The position numbers and the translations under genes are program-made. A DNA stretch of 64,000 nucleotides from Eledone cirrhosa (lineage: Eukaryota): contig OZ024743.1 of NCBI GenBank assembly GCA_964016885.1, positions 98,208,001 through 98,272,000 on the forward strand, read 5' to 3'. The notes below the pieces were generated by a model, which saw only the letters and a program-made list of their open reading frames with translations, was not told the DNA's origin and did not search any database. Below are positions 19,052 through 33,305 of this stretch, in pieces (position 1 is the stretch's first letter; the number at the start of each line of letters is the position of its first letter).

Positions 19052-19101
19052 TATATAAAAATATATATAAATATATATAAAAATATATATATATATATAT
19101 A

Positions 19102-19170
<69 letters not shown>

Positions 19171-19370
19171 CAGAATAATCAAAAGTATGTTCAAAACATT
19201 TTATTGCTGACAATCGTTTCTTCCAAACTTTCGTTTGGAATCATGTATATATATTGGACACTGATCAGCCCGTTTAGTATGGAGATCTAGTTACTATTTC
19301 CATGCTACTAAATCTAGAACTAAATCTTGTGTTTACCATGCCTTGTAGTTTCTTTGAAGATGGTTATGTA
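18878..19370 (-). mobile_element. Penelope-like terminal fragment with a 110-bp direct duplication and a truncated hammerhead
   Basis: 18878-18990 is repeated at 19168-19280; the minus strand reads ATGA-ttccaaac-gaaa-gtttggaa-GAAAC-gatt-GTC-agc-aataaa. Confidence 0.6.
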
Positions 19371-20377
19371 CATATATATATATGTTTGTGTATGTGAGTG
19401 TAGGGACGTGTGAATGTGTGTGTGTATATGGGTGTGTGTGTACGTGAATATATACATGCGGGTGAATATGACTGTGCATACGAATGTGTGTATATGTTCA
19501 TGCGCGCGTTACAATAGAGAATGTTCACATTGGCACAGGTCTACACATATTTAAGACAAGTCTACAATATGGAATCTTCATGTTTTACTATCATTGCAAA
19601 TTGATCCAAGTAGTTGTTTAGAGTTTTGGTTACATATATAGATATACATGCGTTGCGATCATTATATATAAGATTTGTGAATCAAGCTTAATAAGTTACT
19701 ATATTCACTCTCATGATTTTATAAAGGATTTTTTGTGAGTGTGTTATCTTTTCTGTCTTTGTTTAGTTTTTTATCATTTTTTTCTATACATCCAATTAAT
19801 TCCGTTGTAAGAGATCCGAAATGGATATTTTATTTATAAAAACATATATACTAATATATTAAATCCTATTTGCATGATTAACCTCAAAGTATATTTCTTA
19901 TTATAAAGATATTTATTTCGTGTTTTTGTTTGGTTTTGATTTAGTTTTTTGCTCTGTTTAACAAAAATATCAATCCTTTATTTAGAAATATAGGTTCGGT
20001 TGGGTTCTTTAACAATTTACTTCGTTTGTTTCGTTTTGTTCTTCAATCTTATATAGAAGCCATATGCTAGGCTGCAGTTCAAACAAATAATGGATATTGT
20101 TTGCTCTAAAAACATAATTTACTCACAGAAACGAAACGGACAGGACATTCAATTATAAGGGGGAAAATAACAGAATATTTTCTTTACTCTGTTCACATCA
20201 TTAAATTTCTTTAGAAACAACAAATCAAATTTTATTTCACACCACCAACACGATCAGGAAAAATTCTAGTCTGTTGGTGAAACAATTAAAATTTATATTT
20301 TTTTTAATAATCAATTATAACTTTAACTTTCCGAATGCCCACATGCTGACTACAGAAACGATTTATTTAATATGTAC

Positions 20378-20422
<45 letters not shown>

Positions 20423-20477
20423 TATCACTCTCTGTGTGTATGAATGTATGTGTGCATGTCTGTGGACATATGTATGC

Positions 20478-20545
<68 letters not shown>

Positions 20546-20552
20546 ATATATA

Positions 20553-21195
20553 TAAATCAAGAAAGAAGAGTGACACGGTTTGCTAAACAAAAAAAAGGTT
20601 TTTAATCACTTTGCTGACAATTGTTTCTCTGAACTGGTAGGTCTAGAGATCGCTATATATAATACACCCCATGACAACTTTTACATGCCAATTTCATACA
20701 TCTGCCTCATATCAACTCGTTTTACATGCTAAAGTCTTAAGTATACTCTATGTCTTACTTAGATTGATGTGATTATTTCAAATAATTTATTGCTAGCACT
20801 GTTAGTATTGTTGTTATTGTTCTGATTGAATGCTACTACTATATATAGAAGTCATGCCTGTGTATTCCCTTCATTCTCGCTAGCTCTGATGAATCGACTG
20901 GTTACAGCTATGTATTGGTGATCGATTGACGCGAAAACAGGCGGGTAGCGATCTCTAGACCTACCAGTTCAAAGAAACAATTGTCAGCAAAGTGATTAAA
21001 AACCTTTTTTGTATAGCAAACGTGTCACTCTTCTTTCTTGATTTATCATTACTCCAAGTGTAAACAACATAGAAATCACCGCGTACTCGCAGCATCACTA
21101 TGGAAACGCCAAGCGTTGATACAATCCACTACTCGGAGTACCCTAACTGGACTACACCTAAGTGGACTACCTATAACAATAATCTGTTATCCCGT
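20553..21195 (+). mobile_element. Non-coding Penelope-like element with inverted partial pLTR and type-I hammerhead
   Basis: 20553-20655 is the reverse complement of 20946-21045; gct-CTGATGA(20886)..GAAAC-aatt-GTC-agc(20974-20988); (TA)n flanks. A related deleted copy lies at ~27185-27312. Confidence 0.7.
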
Positions 21196-21206
21196 ATATA
21201 TATATA

Positions 21207-21390
21207 CGGATTTCACTAAATTCTGTGGATGAATTTATATCCTGATTCTCTTTGAGATGAGTTTGAATTATTTTTCCCACATCTTACGTTAACTATTTTT
21301 CCCATTTTGACGCTATAGTCACTTATATATTATGGAGTGCTGTTGGCTTTTCGCTGCAGTGTTTTCTATACCTTTCATTTATATATTTAT
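21207..21390 (+). mobile_element. Fragment of the 624-bp hammerhead-bearing repeat family of 53184-54090
   Basis: ggatttcactaaattctgtggatgaatttatatcc..ctatacctttcatttatat is nearly identical to 53291-53470; a shorter piece lies at ~43661-43718. Confidence 0.85.
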
Positions 21391-21462
21391 ATATATGTAT
21401 ATACATATATACAAATATACGCCGTTATATGATATGCATGTATATGTATCTTTCTCTCTCTA

Positions 21463-21509
<47 letters not shown>

Positions 21510-21689
21510 TATCCCGGGAGCTTCCAACAGTAATGGTTGCATTCTTTAAGGGTATGTCAATATTTATTTATAAAACTGAACTATATTATATTTTATCTGA
21601 TGAAAGCACACCATAATTTAACTTGGTGTCCTTGAAATATGTATAATGAAATAAATATGGTTTTATAAATATAGTTTCCATTTGTTAAT

Positions 21690-21747
<58 letters not shown>

Positions 21748-21998
21748 TAGGTTATGTTTAGGGAGCCAATACAAATGGGGTATAAATATTAAGGCACCAT
21801 AATCGGGTGAAGAGGCAGATTGATGAAGTTGAGTGGTAAAGAAGAAGTCAAAAAGAAAAGAAAACAGAATATAATGCTCCCTTGGATTTATTTATTGGTC
21901 CCTTTATTTCGGAGGCCCATCCTTTGTCAAGGGGGACAGACAGAAACCTCGGGGAATGTCGGAGAAGACCTTTCTATATCTCTGTCAGACTCTTGTAA

Positions 21999-22084
<86 letters not shown>

Positions 22085-23327
22085 GAGAGTGTGTGTGACC
22101 GTGTGTGTGTGTGTGAGAGTGAATGTGTGTGTATAAATACACGTTCTAATCCCCCACCTCCATTTCATGGAACATATTGAGAGCTGTTGTAGACGTATTT
22201 CTAATCTACTATCAGACAAGGGTATATACATTAATACATTAATGGTTTCAGCAGGACAGAGTATATAGAACAATTCCTAATGAGGATACCTAAACAATGA
22301 AACTATCATAGTTTAGTCCACCATCCAGTGTCTCTAAACATGACTACGGTATCTTTAACCCTGGTAAGAGCACTATGTCACGTGTCCTATAACTACTATG
22401 TCATTTTTAATAGGAATTCATCCAAGGTAAGTTATATCTGTAAGGAAATATAAGGCCTATCACACACACTAATGTAATGTAAACAAGATGGACATTACTA
22501 AAATATGCTCCAGACTGACTGAAGCCAGTAAAGATTTAACCTTGTGACTATATAAGAGTACATGTGCGTGTCAATATATTACATATATATTACATATATA
22601 TTACATATATATTACATATATATTACATATATATTACTTATATATTACTTATATATTACATATATATTACTTATATATTCCAAACATATATGACATGTTT
22701 TTTACACAGAAACGCGCACGTGTGCACGTGTGGGGGTGTCTACTTTTTCACATATTTTGTTTATTTAGAGTTTATATATACGCTTTGGTTCTTGCTTTTA
22801 AGAGTTAATAATTAGGTTTCATACTTCAGGAAAGGATGGAGTTGTGACATTCAAGATTTTCAAAGACAACCAACATCTGTTGAAATAGTATCAACACAAC
22901 ATCGAATGACACCCGGATTATCTCTACGGAGCTATCCTCTAAGGAAATGAGAGTTATAGAAAAGGGGAGATAAATCTGTGTAACGTTAATGCTATATTTC
23001 TTGAATAAACTACATATACAAACTGAGATGACTTTAACTGCGAATCTCTTCTATCGATCATTAATAATTTCATACATAAATGAGAAATTATTAATGATTT
23101 ATAAAGGAAAGAAAACTATTAACAAGGATTCAATTCATGATATTTTCAAAACAGGAGTATAAACTCAGAGTTACAGTGAAAAGGACCTGAAAACCGAGAT
23201 TCATGTTTTTTTTTTGGGGGGGGGGGGGGTTGCAGAGGGGTCCCAAAATCATTATCAACATAACTGATTTTAAAAAGGCTACATTCAAGAATCGAAATTG
23301 ATTCGCTGGCTCACCGACGAGGCTTAC

Positions 23328-23433
23328 CTGTAGCTTTAGATAAAGCCGCCTTTTAGATCGTCAAGAAAAGGCTGCTGGAAGTTAAAAAGGAACTGGAAAC
23401 CATAATCAAGAGAACAAAGAGAAAGGTCAACAT
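23328..23433 (-). other. Candidate first (signal-peptide) exon of the FReD gene, containing an in-frame TAA
   Basis: ATG at 23433 gives MLTFLFVLLIMVSSSFLTSSSLFLTI*KAALSKAT, then a strong donor CAG|GTAAG in phase 1, which matches the phase-1 acceptor at 15321. Confidence 0.35.
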
Positions 23434-24464
23434 TCTTAAGATATTTCAATGAAAATAACTCTTTTGAACTTTTGACAACTCCTCAAGTCATATACTAAAA
23501 CATTAATTCCCTTTTCATTTTGTATTATTGGGGTGCTGACTTGACGAAAGCAATTTCACATTAGTTAATTGATTGTTTCATGAACTAAGCGGAAAATAAA
23601 ACTGACTGACATTTTTCTTATATTGTTTACATTTAATTTCAAAATGTTCTCTACCCATAATACTTAAAAAGGAAACATCTAAGTGGATATAATACAAGCC
23701 ACCAACATACACGTCTACATAGTTGTGTACTATTACGGCCGTCAATCGCAATTGAGTATGATTTGGTAGCTTTTAATAAGAATCTTAGTCGCGAACAGAT
23801 GCAGACACACTCTTGGCCAATCTCCCTTAATATAACGAAACATCAAGGATGTGATAGCTAGAAGGAGGGGGGGGGGCTACACCAGAATTAAGCTGGTACT
23901 TTATTGACCTCGAAAGGATGAAAGGCAAAATTGACATCGGCGGGATTTGAACTCATAGAACTGGAACAAATATCCAACGCTCTGTCGATTCTAACTTAAC
24001 CGACTTCATATACTTTCCTTGCTAGTATGTATTTGTGAATATTTACTAATACCTGCATACTTAAATAACTGGAGCGTTAACAGTGTTCTGTTTCAATACT
24101 AATTCAATGAGATAGTTGTTCGAAACTGATAAAGGATAAATTTGTGTACGTATGCACTACAGAATGTATCTATAGATTTTTATCCAACGATGTATGGACG
24201 CTTTGTTGTCTGCATATACAATATGTGCATGGACAGAAATAGTTGCAGTATATCATTGCAAAAAACACCGTTAACACACTAGTAATTTATTAAACTATAT
24301 AACTGCCAAGAATACATTATATATGCAAATCAGTCTATCCAATTTAGTGAGGCCCTAGCAATAGTGTTTTTATTAGCAATAACTCCATGACAGTTAAAGA
24401 GAATATTCAGTCGTTGATGAAATTCCAACATCGGGTTGAAATTAGTTCAATTGTATATTAACAT

Positions 24465-24610
24465 GAAGGCGCATGGCTTAGTGGTTAAAGCATTGGGCTT
24501 GCAATCGAAAGGTTGTGAGTTCAAGTCTCGGACCGGGTGATGTGTTGTTTCCTTGAGCAAGACACTTTATTTCACGTTGCTACAGTTTACTCAGCTGTAG
24601 AAATGAGATG
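24465..24610 (+). mobile_element. tRNA-derived SINE, 5' part
   Basis: A box tggcttagtggtta, B box gagttcaagtc, then ccttgagcaagacactttatttcacgttgct. Relatives at ~37309-37450 (+), ~29330-29440 (-) and ~47590-47715 (-). Confidence 0.75.
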
Positions 24611-25508
24611 ATAGGACTGGGGTCCCTATCATTAAATCACCCAAGACACCTCCAACGAGATATACCTTGGAGGAGGCCAGCTAAACCTGCATAGGTGTGA
24701 GCTGTCACACACACACAATTGTATATTAAAATCTGTCTATAAATATTGTGTTGGCTAAAAGTCTAAGAGACTTGTGTTGGATAAAAGTCTATAAATGCAC
24801 GATATAGTACTTTATAGCATCTAAGAGGCTTAGTATTCTACTCTTAATGTAATTGTTTAAAATAATCAGACTAGACCTTAGAATTACAGATACAGTCTAG
24901 CCGATGAACTTCCTTACAGTTTTCTTCTACTGAATTTCACTGACAATGCTTTAACGCCGGGTCGTATGAGTGTAATTGGGTTACCGGATGCTGATCAGAA
25001 GGATTGAACACGTATTTCAAAGATCCGACCTAGTCACACATTCTGTCATGTTGAATCTTCCGCAGAATTACGTTAAGAGTACATACTTCCGTAGAAAACT
25101 CGGCCACTCACACGTAACTTGTGCAACTGGAAAGCTCATCGCGGCAACTGACTGTAGTCCATTCTATTCCAGAACATAGAGGAGTGGTGATAAGATTCAA
25201 ACTAGTCATATTTCTAGTATTAAGCCGACGACCAATTAAAATATTAAGCAGCAATTGTAGATGTGTGAAAGCCGACCTTAAATTATCTCTGTAGTAATTC
25301 AGTAAAGCAATATATACAATGGAGCCTAATACGCTATGGAATATGAAGTCTTTTAACTTACGTAACGGTTCTGCTAAGAGGAAAGTGTAGTTATCGATTT
25401 TCTCTTCCAGCTTGTTAAATTGATCCTTTAACATTGGGGATACGTAATCTGCAAAAAAGAATCCAAAGATTTACCTCAGAACATATATTTATTATTATAG
25501 CTAGAGAT

Positions 25509-25548
<40 letters not shown>

Positions 25549-25687
25549 GTACATACATACACATACATACACATAAATACACATACATACACATACAAAC
25601 ATACATATATATATACATATATATATATACATAAATATATGTATACATATATCTACAAATATATACACCTATATATATATATATATA

Positions 25688-25838
25688 TAAATGGAAACTC
25701 TGTCACACCAAATCACCAACATTTCGCTGTGGATACATTAAAGACGTGAAGTGGTCTTGGATTGCTTAAACCGGTTTATCCTCGCGGCATTACAACATAA
25801 CCACCACGGAAAAATACCCTAATATATATATATATATT

Positions 25839-25870
<32 letters not shown>

Positions 25871-26014
25871 GTGCAGGTAATTAGGGTATTTTTCCGTGGT
25901 GGTTATGTTGTAATGCCGCGAGGATAAACCGGTTTAAGCAATCCAAGACCACTTCACGTCTTTAATGTATCCACAGCGAAATGTTGGTGATTTGGTGTGA
26001 CAGAGTTTCCATTT
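25688..26014. repeat. Apparently perfect 136-bp inverted repeat around a (TA)n spacer
   Basis: 25688-25823 is the reverse complement of 25879-26014. Confidence 0.9.
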
Positions 26015-26094
26015 ACGAAATGTTGTTAAGACAAGGGTACTTTTACATAATTGTTTTATTGCATAATATATATGTCGATGCTATTATGAATGCG

Positions 26095-26905
26095 TCTGTG
26101 GGTCTCCTTTCTTCAGAGAGGTGCATCCTTATGAAGTGGAGAGAATACTTTGTCGATCTCCTAAACGCGATCACAACAACATCTTCTGAGGTACATGAGG
26201 TGCAGCTAGGAACAGTGGCTAATCTCTCGGAGGCTGAAGTCACAAGAGCAGTTAAAAGGCTCAAATGTGGCAAGGCCGCTGGGGAAGACGAAATTCGGCC
26301 CGAGATGTTAAAAGCCTTAAATAGAGAAGGTATTATCTGACTGACTTGTGTGTGATGGGTTGCCTGGATCTCTGGAAAGGCACGTAAGCAATGGCAATCA
26401 GGAGTGATAATCCCAATTTTCAAAAGGGTAGACGAGAAGGATTTCTCCAATTATAGAGTGATCTCCTTGTTAAGCTTCCCCGGTAAAGTTTAAGCCAATT
26501 TTCTGACAAAGAGATGAAAGCTAGCTGATGAACAGTGGGATTTTCACCACCGCACAGACAACCAAATATTTACATCCGGCAGATCTTTGAGAAATCGTGG
26601 GAGTACTGCCAAGAGAAATATTCTTGCTTTGTAGACCTCGAAAATGCATATGACCGCGTTCCACGGACCCTACAGTTAATGGTTCTGCAGGTGTATGGGA
26701 TTGATGGTCAGCTTCTTGTTGCCCTAGTATCTCTAAACGAATGTCCGAGTATTAGTGTTCAAATGAATGGTGCTAAATTGAAGCCATTAAATGTGGAAGT
26801 TGGATTCCGCCAAGGCTGCGTACTGTCACTTCTCTTATTCATTATTTTCATGAACAGGATTGAAATGCGCAGCCGGGTTGGAAGTGGTATCACAACTGGC
26901 ATGTG
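26095..26905 (+). mobile_element. Decayed RTE-clade (Rex3/Expander-like) LINE reverse transcriptase fragment
   Basis: WREYFVDLLN, GKAAGEDEIRPEMLKAL, CFVDLENAYDRVPR, GFRQGCVLSLLLFIIFM; multiple stops and frameshifts. Confidence 0.85.
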
Positions 26906-27046
26906 AAGAATCATTCGGTATACTATTTTGCCAAACAAGATCACAAAATCGTATAAATACAGACTGAAGATTTGGAGCCTGACTCAGAAATATCTGAAAT
27001 AGGCGGCCAAAGAATCATTTATCCATAAATGATAGTTTAGTTAGTG

Positions 27047-27187
<141 letters not shown>

Positions 27188-27496
27188 AAGAAAGAAGAGT
27201 AACATGGTTGGCTGTACAATAAGGGCTTTATTTAAATTACTGACACTTTAAAACTATCCACAATGCGGAGTACTCTAACTGGATTACCTACAACAATAAC
27301 TTCTTATCCCATATATATATATATAATGGTTTCTGATTTAGAGACAAAGTCAGCAATTTGGAGGAAGAGGAATTCGATTAAATCGACCCCAATGCGTGAC
27401 TGATACTTTATTTGATCGACCCCGTAAGGATGAAAGGCAATGCTAGCCTCGGTGGGATTTAAACTCAGAACGTAAAGGGCCTATATATATATATGT

Positions 27497-28197
27497 GTGA
27501 AATTTAAGTAAGTAAGTTAATTACTATAATTTTCTTATTTTACGTCTTTTATATAATTGTTCTACATCTCTTTGTATTGAACCACAAAGTTACTAAGAAA
27601 AAAAACCTATATCTTGCTAGCGTAAGTATACATCTGTATAAATATGTTGGTAGATATACTAATTCTTTATAATTATCTCCAAATTATTTTGTTGAGCAAA
27701 AATTTGCCTAAATTACTATTATGGTTCATAGAATTAAACTTGGCTACTGTCTTTTTAACACCCCACTCCTCACTGATTAACCTCGATGTCACATGATTGA
27801 TTCTTTTGAATTTGCCACTGACCAGGAAAGCAGTGAAATTTTCAATGTCTTGGAATTTAGTCGGCGCTTGCTTTTTTCCATCCACTGAATTATTTTTGTA
27901 TAAGTTCCCTGTGTCCGCGTATTGCCATGAATCTTAGCCGAGAATGACTCCCTGATGAAGAAAGGATTCTCCATGGTCTCCATTTGAAGACTATGTATAT
28001 CCCCTTTCAGAAACTAATTAGTTGGAGTGAAATTTAAGTAAGTTAATTACTATAATTTTCTTATTTCACGTCTTTTATATAATTGTTCTACATCTCTTTG
28101 TATTGAACCACAAAGTTACTAAGACAAAACCTATATCTTTGCTAGCGTAAGTATACATCTGTATAAATATGTTGGTAGATATACTAATTCTTTATAT
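27497..28197 (+). mobile_element. Non-coding ~530-bp unit (about 1.3 copies) with a type-I hammerhead; retrozyme or non-autonomous PLE-like
   Basis: Direct repeats at 27497-27670 and 28027-28195; hammerhead at 27947-28028; TA-rich flanks. Confidence 0.8.
27947..28028 (+). ncRNA. Type-I hammerhead ribozyme
   Basis: Stem I actcc/ggagt; CTGATGA 27952-27958; stem II gaaagg/cctttc; GAAA 28010; palindromic stem III actaattagt; GUU cleavage triplet. Confidence 0.75.
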
Positions 28198-28325
28198 ATA
28201 TATATTACAATTTAAAAAATATGATCAACACTAATGTGTTTTGCAAAATGACAATAATTTTTTAGCCAGATAGAAATACCTTAATTCAAGTACATATAGT
28301 CCGCCTGTATTTGACTTCTAAATTG

Positions 28326-28356
<31 letters not shown>

Positions 28357-28439
28357 ACAAAGAGGGTGTGGTAAGATACCAGGTGGACCATAACGCACCA
28401 CTGTACTCAATACTTAGGATAGAAGAGTGGGTAATTGGA

Positions 28440-28551
28440 AAAGAATCAGGAACTCGATGGCTGAGCTCCGGTCGTTTCAACAGCTAGATCCGAACTGTTC
28501 GGATCTAGCTGTCGAAACGGCCGAAGCTCAGCCGTCGGCGTCCTGAATCTT
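28440..28551. repeat. ~110-bp imperfect palindrome at the end of a Penelope-like fragment
   Basis: aagaatcagg..gtttcaacagctagatccgaac-t-gttcggatctagctgtcgaaac..cctgaatctt. Confidence 0.8.
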
Positions 28552-28579
28552 TATATATATATATATATATATATATATT

Positions 28580-28622
<43 letters not shown>

Positions 28623-29574
28623 ATGAAAATTATGCATAAAATTACAAACAAATTGAAGAATAAAAGTGTCCTGAAGTAGAATGTCCGGTACACAATACAG
28701 GCCCTCTTCTATTAATGTATGATCCACACACCATTGTTATTGAAGCATGTATAAACTTATAATCGGTACACATCGTCAACGTATCTGTCACTCTTTATCG
28801 AATACATGAAGCAAACCAATAACATTTTGCGTTACATTTTAAAATAAAATAAATAAACATTGTAGAAATAACATTTACTTTATAGGCTGAACAAACACAT
28901 GACGACAGACATTTTATTATTTTTTAACTCCTGACATTAGAACGAGCAACTTACGTGTTATTGACTATAAAACAAACAGTATTTAATTTATTTGCCTTCC
29001 TATGTGTTTGTATAGTTCGTCACGTAGAAATGCTTAATTTAAATGTAAATTCTCAAATGTATAATGAAAGCAGAGCATGAGTTCACACCTGCAGTGTTAC
29101 TTTCCAAGGTGCAAAATTGGACAAGGTATTTTGCGGAAGACCTGTAGTCGTCCTTTCAAACCAGTTCCCTCTCTTAATGCCACTAATGTTGTCCAAAGAA
29201 AAGGTAACGACTTATACAGCTTGGAACCAGTGTCATCGTAGAATGACACCTTCCTGGAAGGAATGTCATCCCCTCGTAGGATTAACTACTAGCTGCTATT
29301 GGTACTCTTTTTTTCCAGCTGAATGTACTAATGTGAAATAAGGTGTCATACTGAAGGATACCACGTGCCGTACAGTTTGAGAACCGAACTTACAACCTTG
29401 CGATCATCAACCCAACATGCTAGCCACTAGGTGGAGTGCCATCACTTGTTCTATATAAGTAAAGTGGAAATATTTCAAAAGAATATCGTAACCAGGTAAT
29501 TAACCTAGCTGACAGCAGACTTGATTGTCTTAATTCTATAGTATCGAAATATATTCCCTTGTATGTATGTATGT

Positions 29575-31288
29575 TATCTCTTTCTCTTAATTTCGAGTAT
29601 ATGTTTTTGACCGGCCACCTTCCTGGTGGCAAGGTTGTAAAAGAAAAGAAATTGTCATCCCTTGAATCGCAAGAATGTTTTGCAAATTTTGAAGGTGCCA
29701 GCTATCGCAGCCATTTGTAGACTATGAATTAGGGAGCTGCGCTCTTTATCCGCAAATTGTCCTCAAATCCAAGTTCTGTCATACTTTGGTCCAAGCGGGT
29801 TGGTATATAACCCGTAGCTCCAATAATGATGGGTATGAAGCTAAAGGTGTTTCATCTTGTTTGAACATTGAATAGGATCTTCCGATTTCTCTGGGTGAGA
29901 GATTTATATCAGGCTTTATTCCATATCTCTCTTCCAGATCAGTGGCTATTCTAATGATATTTTTTTTTCATGCTCATAAACCTGGGCAAGATGGTTGCCA
30001 ACCTTTTTCCTCTGTTAAAGGTGTTGCTTCAGTGTTACTATCCGGGTCTCATATGATGTTAATATGGATTTTAGACTCCGGCCACATTCCTTGCTTGAGA
30101 AGTATAGCCTATCCACATCACCATTGATGTTAAAGTTCCCAGTAACACTGAGAAGTTTGCGAGTTCTAACATCCATCTCACTTAGTTCTTGCAATGACCA
30201 GTTCAGCAGGCCAAATGTTGGCGTTAGAATTGGCACAGCATAAGTATTGTGGGCAATGTATTTGTTGTACGCTGACAATTCTGATGACCATATTTTCTTT
30301 ACTCTTCTGAGGTATTCAGTTCTGGTTCTCTCCTTAATTATGGGTCCATCATATCTGACATTCTCATCCTGTCCAAGATATCTGTAGTTGTCACCTGACT
30401 GTAGAGGTTCTATTGTCAGGCCGTTCATCTCTAGATTTCTAGAGGAGGGCACAGCTCTTCCACGTTTTACTGCCGAATATGCACACTTGGACTCACCAAA
30501 TTTCATTTTGATGTCTGTTGAAAATTGTGTAATGAGGTCCAATTGTTTCTTGATGTCATTGATATTTGGCCCATACAACTTCAGGTCATCAACAAAGAAA
30601 ATATGGGAGATACTTCTGGACCCACTTCTTTGTCCACCTTGTTTCCTGAGTAGGTAAGATAGTGGATTTAGTGAGAGAACGAAGAGTAGCACTGACAAGC
30701 CATCACCCTGAAAGATGCCCTTCTGGTAATGTATCTTATCAGTCTTAACTTGCTCCTTCTCACCTCTAAGGATCAAATTGGTGTACCAGTTCTTGGTCAG
30801 ACGTTCAACAGCAGCTACCAGTGGTTGTGGGACTTTGGCTAACTATAAAGCCTTAACAATCCACCCATGAGGTACACTATCAAATGCTTTTTGATAGTCC
30901 AGCCACACCACAGTCATGTTTCTGCGATTCTTTGTTGTTTTTTCTTGAATCATTTTATTAGTTAGTAGGTGATCTATGCAACCCCACACCTCCTTCTTTC
31001 CACCAGCTTGCTCAGGTGTTATGGTGTTGTTGGTAGCACAGTGATCCTGTAAGAACAGGTTAAGGCACCCAGTATATAATTTATACATGATGTTTTGGCA
31101 GGCTATTGGGCGGTAATTTTTAGCAAGGGTGGTTTGGCTATTTTGGGGAATGAGGAGAGTAATGGCAGTTGATAACTATCTGGGCAGTTCTTGTGTGCCT
31201 TTAAAGGTTTCTGTAAACAGCCGTATGAGATCTTGCCGATAGAAAGTGAAATTCTTCAATAAGTATCCTGTAATGAGGTCTGAGCCTC
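29575..31288 (-). mobile_element. Dong/R4-clade non-LTR retrotransposon, 5'-truncated and internally deleted (RT region plus extreme C-terminus)
   Basis: NYRPIACQNIMYK, WLDYQKAFDSVPH, GIFQGDGLS, SHIFFVDDLKLY, YRYLG. It then jumps near 29850 to FIPIIIGATGY..KICKTF, homologous to the end of the 31564 ORF. (TATG)n on both sides. Confidence 0.85.
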
Positions 31289-31335
31289 ATGTATGTATGT
31301 ATGTTTGTATGTATGTTTGTATGTATGTATGTATG

Positions 31336-32389
31336 TTCTTCTGGTTTTATAATTTCACAAAGTTTTACCAATAGAGAGAGAGTCGGTTTCTTACATAGAC
31401 ACAAGACTCTCTCATTAGAATTTACACAACATTAACTAGGTAGATATGTATGTATGCATGCATGTGTAGATATGGATGTTATTGTATGTGTGGATGTGGA
31501 TGTTTTGAGTTGTATATGTGCATGTGTATATGCTTGGTATCTGTATATGTGTATATGCAGTTATTAGATGCAAAATTTTTGGAATGTTTTACATATTTTT
31601 ACTGTTCCATTAATGGATTGTACTTGTAGTTTCCTAACTAGTTGTGTTCTTTCTGTTCCTGTGAAGCCTAGCTTCTCAAGATTTGTATTGAGGCAGTTAC
31701 TAACATATCCCAGTGCCCCAATAATCACAGGCATAAATCTGAAGGTGTAATCAGGGTGGAGTATCTGCAGATTTCTCATCAGTTCTGTATCAATATTCTC
31801 CTTTTCACTAATCTTTGATATTATATTGGCATCTGCTGGGCAGCTAATTTCCACTACTCTGCATGTTTTCTTCTCCCTGTCCCATATACTATCTGGTCTG
31901 TTATGTCTGCATTTTATTGGGGTTTTTACTGGAACATTCCACCAGTATTCTTTCATATTATGTACATGGATGTCTTCCACATTGTTGTATCTTTTAATGT
32001 GTTTATTATCGGGGCTATCTTTTTTACGAACTGCATTGTACAGTGTTTTGGCCACTACATCATGCCTCATAGGTAGATAGTACCGCGATGACATCTTTGG
32101 ACAGCTACTGATGACATGGGTGATATCCTCGATGTTAGTTCTGCAGAGTCTGCAATTGTTATCACATCTAGGTGTTTTGCCTGCATCCCTATCTCTTTTG
32201 TGAATCAGGTATTTCGTAATAATCTCCTGTTCCTGGATTGCAAAAGCGTATCCTTCAAAGTGGGAGCCAATATAGCGGTTGTTGGTCCAAGATAGACTAC
32301 TTTCCTTATCTATATTACTCTCACTCTGGAGCTTCCTGGCAACATATCCATGCATGATTTTTTGCTGATAGGCATGCAGTTTTCCATCC

Positions 32390-32391
<2 letters not shown>
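31336..32391 (-). mobile_element. Dong/R4-clade LINE 3' fragment (CCHC knuckle, restriction-like endonuclease, 3'UTR)
   Basis: CRLCRTNIEDITHVISSC, RHD, NRPD..VEISCPAD..EK; stop at 31564; 3'UTR hairpin gagagagtc/gactctctc; ends in (CATA)n. Confidence 0.88.
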
Positions 32392-32420
<29 letters not shown>

Positions 32421-32467
32421 TGTATGTATGTATGTATGTATGTATGTATGTATGTATGTATATATAT

Positions 32468-33305
<838 letters not shown>

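Noticed and set aside
22276-22320. Hammerhead-like CTAATGA..GAAActatcatagtt
   Set aside because: The core is mutated and stem I does not pair; at most a decayed PLE end.
24465-24545. tRNA gene
   Set aside because: A/B boxes are present but there is no complete cloverleaf, and the sequence continues into SINE body.
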